Below are positions 37,475 to 45,977 of a stretch of DNA of 64,000 bases, in pieces (positions within the stretch are counted from its first letter, which is position 1; every line of letters begins with the position of its first letter). Origin of the DNA: Candidatus Binatia bacterium (lineage in GTDB: Bacteria > Desulfobacterota > Binatia > UBA9968 > JAJDTQ01). A program made the position numbers and the translations under genes. Below the pieces are notes generated by a model that was not told the DNA's origin, made no database searches, and was given only the letters and a program-made list of their open reading frames with translations. Location of the stretch: the NCBI GenBank assembly GCA_963666515.2, contig OY762897.2, forward strand, positions 3,355,912 through 3,419,911, given 5' to 3'.

Positions 37475-37981
37475 CTACCCCCCGGTCGTTTCCACGTAGC
37501 GTCGCAGCACGTAGAGGCCGTCCGGGGTGAAGGGTTCCGTGGCCGCGGCCCGGAACACCGCGTCCACCTCCATGAAGGCGCCGCTCTCCACTTCTTCCTC
37601 CTGGAGGGTCACTTCGCCGTCGTAGACGCACCGGAAGGCCGCGCCCCACACCCGGCTGTTGTCATCCGCGTGGTAGAACTCGAACAGGCTCTGGAGCGGG
37701 ACGTCGCGGATGCCCATTTCTTCCTCGAGCTCCCGCCGGGCGCCATCGAGGTAGCTCTCCCCCGCCAGCACGACGCCGCCGGCCGCGGGATCGTAGTACC
37801 CCGGGAACACGTCCTTGGTGCGCGTGCGCTTCTGTATGTAGATTTCGCTCCCGGAGTTGAACACCAGGATGTAGGTGCTGCGGTGCGGCAGCCTTCGCGC
37901 CCGCATCTCGCGCCGCGGCGCGGAACCGACGACGTTGTTGTCCTCGTCGACGATGGCCACGATCTCGTCGCCCGGGTCCAT
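37475..37981 (-). CDS. NUDIX hydrolase
   Basis: Nudix box GGVVLAGESYLDGARRELEEEMGI. Confidence 0.8.
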   Translation of the reverse strand: MDPGDEIVAIVDEDNNVVGSAPRREMRARRLPHRSTYILVFNSGSEIYIQKRTRTKDVFPGYYDPAAGGVVLAGESYLDGARRELEEEMGIRDVPLQSLFEFYHADDNSRVWGAAFRCVYDGEVTLQEEEVESGAFMEVDAVFRAAATEPFTPDGLYVLRRYVETTGG

Positions 37982-38180
37982 GAGATATGCGGGTTAACGG
38001 CGGCTGGTCAGCTTGTCAACCGTCCACGAGCCCGACCATGTCCTGTCCCAAGTAATTCTTACCGATCTGCTGGTCTTTCTCGTCCGTTCGTCCTGAGCGT
38101 AGCGTAGCGAAGTCGAAGGACGCCTTGCCGACAACAAGAAATCCTGCGCAGCTTGGTAAAGAACTACGTCGGACAGGACA

Positions 38181-39047
38181 TTAGAACGCCGTCAACACCA
38201 CGCCTCCGGCGCATATCAGCAGTGCCCCGGCGACCGCCTTCGAGGTAACCTGTTCCTGGTCCTTGAGCAGCAGGTGGGTGAAGGTCACCGAGAACAGCGG
38301 CGTGGTGGCGATCAGCGGGTCCACCAGCACCACGTCGCCCATGCTCAGCGACAGCATGTAGGAGGTGATGCCGCAGCTCGTCACCGCTCCGGAGAGGCCG
38401 AACCACAACACCGTGCCGCGGTTGACGCTCACGTCTCGGTAACCGCGCCACGCCACTAGGTAGAGGAGCAGGCCGCTGACGCTGCCTATCAGGGTCAGGG
38501 AAATGGCCAGCGGCACGGAGGTCACCATCCCGTAGCCGTACTTGCGGATGGGGCTGGCGACGCCTCCCAGGATCGACGCGCCGAGCGGAAACAGCAGGTC
38601 GCGCTTGCGGAAGTCCGTGAGCGCCCGCTCGTCGCGCATTCCCAACACCGTGGCCCCGAGGATGATCATGAGGGTGCCGCTCACGAGCGCCAAGGTCCAT
38701 TGTTCCCCCAGCCACGCCACTGCCAGCAGGCCGGCGAACAGAGGCGAGGTGTTCCGCAACGGCGAGGCCCGGGCCACGCCGACACGGGAGATGGCGGCGT
38801 AGAACAGGAACTGGGTGGCCAGGGGCGCCACCGCTCCGGCGAGAATGAACCACCCCGCCGCGGCAGGTGACAACTGCGCCCAGTCCGCCCGGGGCCCCAT
38901 CACCGACAGCAGCACCGCGCCCATCGTGAGGAGGTTGAAGGTGATGGCGGTGGTGGGTCCGCCGGTACGAAGACCCCAGCGCACCAGGATGTGAGCCGAA
39001 CCAAAGAAGAACGCGGCGCCCAACGCGAAGAGTATTGCCATGTGCAA
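38181..39047 (-). CDS. EamA/DMT-family transporter
   Basis: 288 aa, about 10 TM helices, duplicated EamA-like halves. Confidence 0.8.
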   Translation of the reverse strand: MHMAILFALGAAFFFGSAHILVRWGLRTGGPTTAITFNLLTMGAVLLSVMGPRADWAQLSPAAAGWFILAGAVAPLATQFLFYAAISRVGVARASPLRNTSPLFAGLLAVAWLGEQWTLALVSGTLMIILGATVLGMRDERALTDFRKRDLLFPLGASILGGVASPIRKYGYGMVTSVPLAISLTLIGSVSGLLLYLVAWRGYRDVSVNRGTVLWFGLSGAVTSCGITSYMLSLSMGDVVLVDPLIATTPLFSVTFTHLLLKDQEQVTSKAVAGALLICAGGVVLTAF

Positions 39048-39052
39048 GCGCT

Positions 39053-40231
39053 CTAGTTCGCGGTGAAAAGGGTTGCCTGGCCGGCCGGGACCTGAAGCGG
39101 CCCGTCCGAAGCAAACGGATCGGCAGCCTGTTTGGGGAGGCGCAGCTTCCGGCGAATTTCCGCCACGGTTGGAGACGCCTCGTAGTGGCGGCCCCGTCTT
39201 TCGCCTTTTGCCACGATAAGGTCCGTGTCCACCAGGACCTTCAGGTCACGGCTGGCGAGGTTGTTCGACACGTCTGCGCTCACTCGATATGACGAGTTCC
39301 TCACCTTGCTGCCGAATGCAGCCTGGAGCAGCGCCATGGCCGTGCGCTCGGGAAGGCCCCTGGACTCCACCAGGTTGAGAAGCTCTGCATAGACTCTCTC
39401 CAGCTCCCGCGTCCGGCGAAGAAGTGTCTGTGCCTGCAGGTAGTGGCCGCTCAGGCAGAAGCGCACCCATGGTTTGGCATCGCGCCGCGGGTTCCATCCG
39501 CCGCCGCCCACCGCCGCCAGCACATGGTAGTACTCCTGTTGATTGTGACCGATATACTCCTCGATTGAGGAAAACGCTGGCGCGACAATCCCGTCGCCCG
39601 CCAGCACCGCGGTCTGGATGCACCTGGCCGTGCGGCCATTGCCATCCGTAAACGGATGCAGCAGCGCCAGGTTCAGATGCGCCATCGCCGCGCGGAGGAA
39701 TACGGAATCGACGTCCTCATCGTTTACATAGTCCAGAAGCTCGCGGATCAGCGGCTCCAGTTGGTCACGGTCCACCCCCTCGTGCACGACGTCACCGGTC
39801 TTGGTGTTTCTGACACCAACCCACCCGGGACGGTACTGACCCGGATGTGCCTGCAGATCCGACTGGCAGATCATGAAGTGGACCGCCAGGAGCACGTCTT
39901 CCGTGATCCTGAAGGACGCGCTCTTCCGGCGCTGGAGGGTGTAGTCCATGGCTTCACGGTAACCGACAACGGCCCGCCACGTCTCGCGGTCGGTGCTCGC
40001 GGGGTCTTCGCCGTCAATCGCGGCGATGGCATCCTCATCAGACACATGGATGCCCTCCACACTGTTGGAGGCCATGAGCGCCCGGGCCCGGGTCATGCGG
40101 GCCAACAGGCCGGTCCAACGACGCGGTTCGGTGACGACGTAGTTGCGTAGATCAGCCCGTATGCGGGCCGTGGCAGCCTCTACTCGCTTCTCGTCGTCAT
40201 CCAGTGCAGAATACGTGTACAGCATGATCAT
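39053..40231 (-). CDS. Fic-family protein (class II, N-terminal inhibitory motif) with a C-terminal winged-helix-like region
   Basis: Fic motif HPFTDGNGRTAR, N-terminal S-x-x-x-E-G (SNSVEG), 393 aa from the ATG at 40231. The remaining ORF up to 41278 is antisense to the next gene. Confidence 0.85.
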   Translation of the reverse strand: MIMLYTYSALDDDEKRVEAATARIRADLRNYVVTEPRRWTGLLARMTRARALMASNSVEGIHVSDEDAIAAIDGEDPASTDRETWRAVVGYREAMDYTLQRRKSASFRITEDVLLAVHFMICQSDLQAHPGQYRPGWVGVRNTKTGDVVHEGVDRDQLEPLIRELLDYVNDEDVDSVFLRAAMAHLNLALLHPFTDGNGRTARCIQTAVLAGDGIVAPAFSSIEEYIGHNQQEYYHVLAAVGGGGWNPRRDAKPWVRFCLSGHYLQAQTLLRRTRELERVYAELLNLVESRGLPERTAMALLQAAFGSKVRNSSYRVSADVSNNLASRDLKVLVDTDLIVAKGERRGRHYEASPTVAEIRRKLRLPKQAADPFASDGPLQVPAGQATLFTAN

Positions 40232-40235
40232 ATGT

Positions 40236-40290
40236 AATTGACAACTGATTTCAAGACAGTTAATAACCGTCGTAAGGTCAGTTGTCAATT
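40236..40290. promoter_or_regulatory. 13-bp perfect inverted repeat carrying two overlapping sigma70-like promoters between fic and the TAXI-like gene
   Basis: AATTGACAACTGA (40236-40248) / TCAGTTGTCAATT (40278-40290). Plus strand: TTGACA(40238)-17 nt-TAATAA(40261). Minus strand: TTGACA(40288..40283)-17 nt-TATTAA(40265..40260). Confidence 0.5.
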
Positions 40291-40327
40291 GTATATGGGG
40301 CCGTCCACCCGCAAGGAGAACCATCAC

Positions 40328-41320
40328 ATGGCCTACGACGACCGCAGCGTGAAACCCATGAGCTCGAGCCTGTTGCGGGCGCAGATCGGCACCAAGCTCC
40401 TGGCCGGCCTGTACGACTCGGTGCCCACCATGATGACCAGCGCCATCCGGCTTTACGTGGACCTGCCCGGCGCCGGCGGCTCCGCCGGCCCTCCCTTCGC
40501 CTTCAACATCGCCATCAGCCCGGCCTGGTGCAGCGGCATCCAGGGCGCCCGCCTGGTGGGACGGCGCAAGATCGACATCGCCTGGCTCAACCCCTCGTGC
40601 ATCCCGGCCATGGCCTATCACGGACGCGGCCCCTTCCGGAAAGCGCTGCCGTTGCGAGCGCTGGCGGTGTTTCCCTCCAATGACCGGATGGTGGTGGCGC
40701 TGGGGCGCAGGCACGGCATCCGCTCCATGGACGAGCTCAAGCGCCGGAAGCCCGCCCTCACGGTCTCGGTGGCCACCAACGACTGCGTCAACTTCGCCAT
40801 CAACGCGGCCCTGCGCGCCCACGGCATGAGCCTCAAGACCTTCGAGGAGTGGGGCGGGGTGGTGGAGCCGGTAGTGCGGCCCAGCAACCCGCGGCGCCTG
40901 GAAGGCATCCGCACCGGCGACGTCGACGCGGTCATCGACGAGGGCCTGCCCTCCTGGGCCGGCGCCGCGGTGGAGGAGGAGATGGCCTTCCTGCACTTCT
41001 CGCCCAAGGCCATGGCGTCGCTCGACCGCTACGGCTTCAGCCGCGCGCCGCTGGACGGCCCGCTGTTCGACGGAAAGCTTCCCGAGCCGGTCACCGCCGT
41101 GGACTTCAGCGGCTGGCCCATCGTCACCCACGCGGACCTGCCGGACGAGCTTGCCTACCAGGTGGTCGGCGTCATCGAGCAGATGCGGGAGAACATCGAA
41201 TACGACACTCCGGGAATCCCGCCCATGACCCAGTTCTGCACGGACACCCCGGACGGCCCGCTGGACCTGCCGCTGCACCCCGGGGCCGAGCGGTATTACC
41301 GGGAGAAGGGGTATCTCTGA
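40328..41320 (+). CDS. TAXI-like solute-binding-fold protein without an obvious signal peptide
   Basis: AAGGAG RBS and ATG at 40328. C-terminal LHPGAERYYREKGYL is the TAXI signature. The N-terminus lacks a hydrophobic leader. Confidence 0.6.
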   Translation: MAYDDRSVKPMSSSLLRAQIGTKLLAGLYDSVPTMMTSAIRLYVDLPGAGGSAGPPFAFNIAISPAWCSGIQGARLVGRRKIDIAWLNPSCIPAMAYHGRGPFRKALPLRALAVFPSNDRMVVALGRRHGIRSMDELKRRKPALTVSVATNDCVNFAINAALRAHGMSLKTFEEWGGVVEPVVRPSNPRRLEGIRTGDVDAVIDEGLPSWAGAAVEEEMAFLHFSPKAMASLDRYGFSRAPLDGPLFDGKLPEPVTAVDFSGWPIVTHADLPDELAYQVVGVIEQMRENIEYDTPGIPPMTQFCTDTPDGPLDLPLHPGAERYYREKGYL

Positions 41321-41352
41321 GGCATCCCGATAGTTTGATCTGTTATGGGAGG

Positions 41353-42297
41353 CTATTCGGCTGCGGGTTTCGGCTGTCCGTGGCTCTCGGTTTCACAAGA
41401 CACTTCCCGAATTTTTCCTTCATTTAACACAACGAATGCTCGCTCTGCGGAGTACACGTGACGTTCCGCGCTCCGCACTACTCTTTCGTTCATGGCCGCC
41501 ACACGATCTGGTCCCAGGGTGACTACGGGAATCAGCGGATCCTCGAAGACCCCATACAACCCGACTCGCCGACCCAGCGGGAAGAACACTTCTGTGTCCC
41601 GTAGCGCAAAACCGACGGGTACTTTCCTCCGATCCTTCCAAGTAAGGACCACAGGATGATCACAACATACTAGCTCCGGTCCACCCGCCGGGGCAAGAAG
41701 TAGGGACCAGACCCTTTTTCCAAGAAGCGGGAGCAACTTGTCAAAGATCTCAAATTCAACTGCAAGGTTGCCATCGGTCGAGAATTCGAGCCGATATCGT
41801 CCCTCTGTAACGAATTGCCTCATTTCTTCAAACGAGGCATCGGTCGGATCTCCTCCGCTCTGCTCCATCTCTCTTTCCCAAATCCTCCTGTCCGAAACAA
41901 GGAGCTCCGCAATACCGCGAACCACGCGCTCTCTGGCACGATTGAACGAATGACGCAAAGATGGATTCCGGGTGGCTAACAGGCAAAGAAAATTTAGAAT
42001 CAGGTTAAGTTCTTTGTCTTCCGGGAATGTCTGCTTCGTCAAAACGTCACGGATTGCTTGCACGGCTTGTTGCTCGAATTGAGCTAGGCCCTGTTCGATT
42101 GCGTCGGGATCTATGCCCTCAACATTCACACGGTTAAAGTCCCTCTCAACGGCCACATTCTTTGGCGATGTCCGGAACGAATGACCACTCGTGACGTCCA
42201 TGACAAAAAATTGGCCGTCCTTTTCTCCTGACATGGTAAACCCTGCCAAATAGGAGGCTGACAAATAGTGGTGACGGCGAGCGTCATGTTTGGTCAT
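41353..42297 (-). CDS. DUF4238-like protein
   Basis: N-terminal HHYLSASYLAGF resembles the DUF4238 HY(V/L)PxxYLxxF block. GC is clearly lower (about 50% by eye) than in the flanks. Confidence 0.65.
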   Translation of the reverse strand: MTKHDARRHHYLSASYLAGFTMSGEKDGQFFVMDVTSGHSFRTSPKNVAVERDFNRVNVEGIDPDAIEQGLAQFEQQAVQAIRDVLTKQTFPEDKELNLILNFLCLLATRNPSLRHSFNRARERVVRGIAELLVSDRRIWEREMEQSGGDPTDASFEEMRQFVTEGRYRLEFSTDGNLAVEFEIFDKLLPLLGKRVWSLLLAPAGGPELVCCDHPVVLTWKDRRKVPVGFALRDTEVFFPLGRRVGLYGVFEDPLIPVVTLGPDRVAAMNERVVRSAERHVYSAERAFVVLNEGKIREVSCETESHGQPKPAAE

Positions 42298-43116
42298 ATG
42301 ACGACCTGATCAGTGCTTGGCGATAGGTATTTGAAGTTGAATGAACTGCGACTATGAGCACGAAAATGGGGTATCTCGACACAAGCACCGCTAATCGTGA
42401 TCACAGTGAGGAAGTTTCATCAGATTATTTTCTTCCCAGAGATCATCCTTAGTCCTAAGATATTAGGTAGTTTTCAGTTGGTCAAGGTTGTTGCGGTGCA
42501 GGCACCGCAAACCAGGATGGCTCACGCATCGTCTCGCGCTACGGGAGGTTCCGGCTCCATGGGACGGGTAGTAGAACGTGCCCTCGACATCGCCGGAGGT
42601 CCCTGACCGGCAGAAGGAAGTGTCATGGTGGACAGGGACACCGGACCACCCCATGTTCCCGAGCGGCGCGTTCCGTTCGATGTTGCGGATGTTCGTGAAC
42701 GAGATGTCGACAGCTCCGGTTGAAGTCATAGGGCTACCGCGTAGCCGAGAGTCACCCTGCGTCGAAAGGGTTTTACGCCGTCTGGATGGACCTCCGCTGG
42801 ATAGTCGCTTCTTTGGACTTTCGTCAACTCTTCCCGTGATGCAGTCCGCGTCAGATTCCAACCGCTCAAGACGCACTGTATGTCGGGGTAACGTTCGATA
42901 TTTCCCGCCCCGGGAAACTACAGAAGTTTCCGACGTAATATCAATAGGTTATGGAGGAACCGAACGGAGTGAGTTGAAAGTGGTCAGCGGCTAGGTACCA
43001 AGTAGGCACCAATTCATTTGCGGGCCATGCGCACGAACGTGCTCCAATGACGGCAACGATTCGGGCGTCCCCCGATGTGAACCGCCCCGGGTTTACCGGA
43101 GACGGAATTGTTTGAG

Positions 43117-44022
43117 TCAGGCCACCAGGGCTGACTCCGGGTACTGCTGATAGTAGGCCTGTTCGAGTTCAGCCGGCGGCACATAACCGATTCCTTCCAG
43201 GAGACGGCGGTGGTTGAACCAGTCGACCCACTCAAGGGTGGCGAACTCGACCGCTTCGAGGTGACGCCAGGGGCCGCGTTGGCGAATCACCTCGGTCTTG
43301 TACAAGCCGATGATGGACTCGGCCAAGGCATTGTCGTAGGAATCCCCGACGCGGCCCACCGACGGCTCGATCCCGGCCTCAGCCAGACGCTCGCTGTAGC
43401 GGATCGACAGGTACTGGGCGCCACGGTCGCTGTGATGCACCAGAGCGTCCTGATGGCCCACCGCACGGTCATAGAGCGCCTGCTCAAGGGCGTCCAGGGC
43501 AAGGTCTGTGTGCAACGAGTCCGAGACGCGCCAGCCCACGATGCGCCGCGCATAGGCATCGACGACAAAGGCGACGTAGACGAAGCCACGCCAGGTAGCC
43601 ACGTAGATCAGGTCCGCCACCCACAGCGCATTCGGCCGGCTAGCCTCGAACGCCCGGTTCACTCGGTCCGCGCGCCGGGCGAGCGCTTTCACTGCCATGG
43701 TCGTCTTCGACCGCCGACCCCGAACCACGCCACGAAGTCCCATCTCTCCCATCAGCCGCGCCACCGTGCAGCGGGCCACCGCAAGGCCCTCCCGTTGAGC
43801 GCACGCCACACCTTGCGCACCCCGTACACCCCGAAGTTCTCCCCCCTCCCACCCGCTTGATCTCGCCCCGCAGTTCCGCGTCACGTCGCGTTCGCGCCGG
43901 CAAGGAGCACGACCGGCCTCTCGCGCCTTGCTTTCGTAGTAGGTCGAGGGGGCGATCGGCAACTCCCTGCAGATCGGCTCGACCCCGTATGCCCCTCGGT
44001 GCGCGTCGATGAACGACACCAT
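43117..44022 (-). pseudogene. IS3 OrfB (DDE transposase) with internal compensating frame disruptions
   Basis: Conserved blocks sit in three different frames within about 130 bp. [18 protein letters not shown]...KAREA (frame 1), [17 protein letters not shown] (frame 2), ENFGVYGVRKVWRALN (frame 3), then REGLAVARCTVARLM back in frame 1. The DDE core (HSDRGAQY, DNALAES) is intact. Confidence 0.7.
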
Positions 44023-44342
44023 TGCGTCCCGCGGCGGTCGAGCTCCGCCTGGGCGAAAAAAGCCGCCGCCTTGCGCAATATCTCGTTCGCACGACGTAGC
44101 TCCCGGTTCTCTCGTTCCAGCGCCCTCAGCCGCTCTCCCCCTTCGCTCTTCTGCCCCGGCCCCTCACCCGCTTCGCCCTCCGCCCGCCGCACCCACTTGC
44201 GCAACGTCTCCGCGGTGCAGCCAAGCTTCGACGCCACCGACACGATCGCCGCCCACTGCGATCCGTATCCCGCCTCGTGCTCCAACACCATCCGAACCGC
44301 CCTCTCCCGGACCTCCGGTGAATACCTCGTCGACTTGTTCAT
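43881..44342 (-). CDS. IS3 OrfA (HTH transposase subunit)
   Basis: [19 protein letters not shown]...[30 protein letters not shown]. The slippery TTTTTTC lies at about 44049-44055 on the plus strand (read there as GAAAAAA). Confidence 0.8.
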   Translation of the reverse strand: MNKSTRYSPEVRERAVRMVLEHEAGYGSQWAAIVSVASKLGCTAETLRKWVRRAEGEAGEGPGQKSEGGERLRALERENRELRRANEILRKAAAFFAQAELDRRGTQWCRSSTRTEGHTGSSRSAGSCRSPPRPTTKARRERPVVLLAGANAT

Positions 44343-44538
44343 GACCCCATCCTCTCAAAGAATAGAGTCTCCGGTAAACCCGGGGCGGTTCACCCGAGTG
44401 TATTGAGACGGCAATCACCTGACCGTCCGGCCTTCGGCGCGAGATGAGCGGCCGGTGTCAGGTGAATACCCTATCTGTACATCCCGATACATCAGCCGCT
44501 TGCCAACCATGCCAGCGGCCACCTCTCACACAAAACAG

Positions 44539-44853
44539 TTATTTAATTTTTCCAAAGCACTTTTGGATAAAACCGGGATCAACCCCTTTTATTTCATAAA
44601 CAAAATCGTCCATAATCATTAATGATCTATTTTTGCCCGAATAAATAATATCGTTTACTCTTTTTAAATTAATCGACCTATATTTTATTTCATCTCCCTG
44701 ATTCAGCCACTTACCATTCGGCATAATCCTAATCACAATTCTGATGTCGGCAGTTATCCAACCACTATGGCAAGAAACTTTATTGGCATAAGCCGAACTA
44801 AAGACCGCCAAAGCCAAAACAAGAAACAAAGAACTAATCAAAATTTTCTTCAT
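44539..44853 (-). CDS. small secreted hypothetical protein in an extremely AT-rich patch
   Basis: 104 aa with signal peptide MKKILISSLFLVLALAVFSSAYA. The local sequence is far more AT-rich than the rest of the window. No recognisable domain. Confidence 0.5.
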   Translation of the reverse strand: MKKILISSLFLVLALAVFSSAYANKVSCHSGWITADIRIVIRIMPNGKWLNQGDEIKYRSINLKRVNDIIYSGKNRSLMIMDDFVYEIKGVDPGFIQKCFGKIK

Positions 44854-45191
44854 CGTCCTTCCTTTCTCCGCAAGAATGACACACTCCTATCTTTTTGAAT
44901 CTCCCCAACAAACGCAATGGCCGCTGTTGTCCGATTGTCCAGTGCGTTTATATATAGCTAGGAGGAGTGCTTTGGCTAGCTTGCTGGATAATCCCCTCCC
45001 GAGGGCGGCGCCATCGCCGCCGACTTCACCGACGCCGCGGAGCAGACCATGGACGAAGCTACTCCGGTCGAGCCATGGCCCGTTGATGCATGCGCCGACC
45101 TAGGTCTCGAATGCCGCGGCGGATACTCCGCGACCGACTCGGGGTGCGCCGGGCTTGAGTCCCCCCTCCCTCAAGCTCGACGGCGGTAGTG

Positions 45192-45219
45192 GAGTCGCCG
45201 GTAACCCCGACGCGGTCCA
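45192..45219. repeat. solo IS3-like terminal inverted repeat (remnant of a related element)
   Basis: GAGTCGCCGGTAACCCCGACGCGGTCCA matches the right end of the intact IS (44365-44392) at 23 of 28 positions in the same orientation. Weak similarity continues leftward. Confidence 0.55.
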
Positions 45220-45266
45220 AGGGGGGATTGGGGCAGGGTGGTGTTCAAGGCACAACAAACAGCGGT

Positions 45267-45977
45267 TCACAGCAGCTCACCTCGATCACCCCACTGGTTC
45301 TCAAACTCATAAAGTCGCCGCCTGATTTGCTTGTCCGGGTTGATGATGAAGAACGTCCGGTTGCTCACGCGGCGCCAGTAGTAGACCATTGTGCCGTCCG
45401 GGAGTTGCTTCTTCAACCACCGGATCTCCTCGCGATGGCCACCCGGGCGCATGCTGTTGTGGTGATAGATCACGGCGGTTCGTCCTTCCGCCAGTGCTTT
45501 TGCTTCGACGATTGGAATCCTCTTCGCGCTCACCTTTCTCGTCGGCAGGAAGCGGCCGCCCGGCACGAGGCCGTTATCGGGGTCAGCGAACACGAGATTG
45601 CAGTCCCTCAGCTGACACATGACCCCGTCGAACCACTCGCCCCGCCACCGCTCGCGGTCGCGGAGATTGACTTCGGCAATATCGAGGCGGTCGGCGGCAA
45701 AGACGGCATCGCCAAGAATCCTAGTCTCCTGGATCTCCGCGACGGACCGCAGGTTGGCTCCCGGCTCTGTCACCCTCCTCAGCGCGTCGAACAACTCGGG
45801 GTCAAGGTTCCGCCACTCGCACGGATGTTGAAGGTAGGTAATGTGCCTCCCATCACCGGGGGGTCCAGCGTCGGGGTGCAGATACCAAGCGACACCGAGA
45901 CGTTTTCCTCCTCGGATCGCCCGTAGAAGTCCGTACTTCACGAAATCTCCCACATCCCCGACGTACCGATCCTGCAT
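45267..45977 (-). CDS. hypothetical protein; possible distant RlmJ-like methyltransferase-fold architecture
   Basis: GGGAAGG RBS and ATG at 45977. Blocks GDVGDFVKYGLLR, VFADPDNGL and FFIINP are spaced like RlmJ HAGNxADVLKH / IDPPYE / VINPPW. This is pattern-level only. Confidence 0.5.
   Translation of the reverse strand: MQDRYVGDVGDFVKYGLLRAIRGGKRLGVAWYLHPDAGPPGDGRHITYLQHPCEWRNLDPELFDALRRVTEPGANLRSVAEIQETRILGDAVFAADRLDIAEVNLRDRERWRGEWFDGVMCQLRDCNLVFADPDNGLVPGGRFLPTRKVSAKRIPIVEAKALAEGRTAVIYHHNSMRPGGHREEIRWLKKQLPDGTMVYYWRRVSNRTFFIINPDKQIRRRLYEFENQWGDRGELL

Larger units (their letters stand above)
43078..44392 (-). mobile_element. IS3-family insertion sequence (1,315 bp) with perfect 26-bp terminal inverted repeats
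   Basis: TGAACCGCCCCGGGTTTACCGGAGAC at 43078-43103 is the exact reverse complement of 44367-44392. The element contains orfA/orfB with a T-TTT-TTC slippery site. Confidence 0.9.

Noticed and set aside
42463-42994. Two overlapping opposite-strand ORFs (137 aa and 138 aa) in the gap upstream of the IS3 element.
   Set aside because: They have no motifs, no RBS and are mutually exclusive. They are kept only as part of the unexplained-gap finding.
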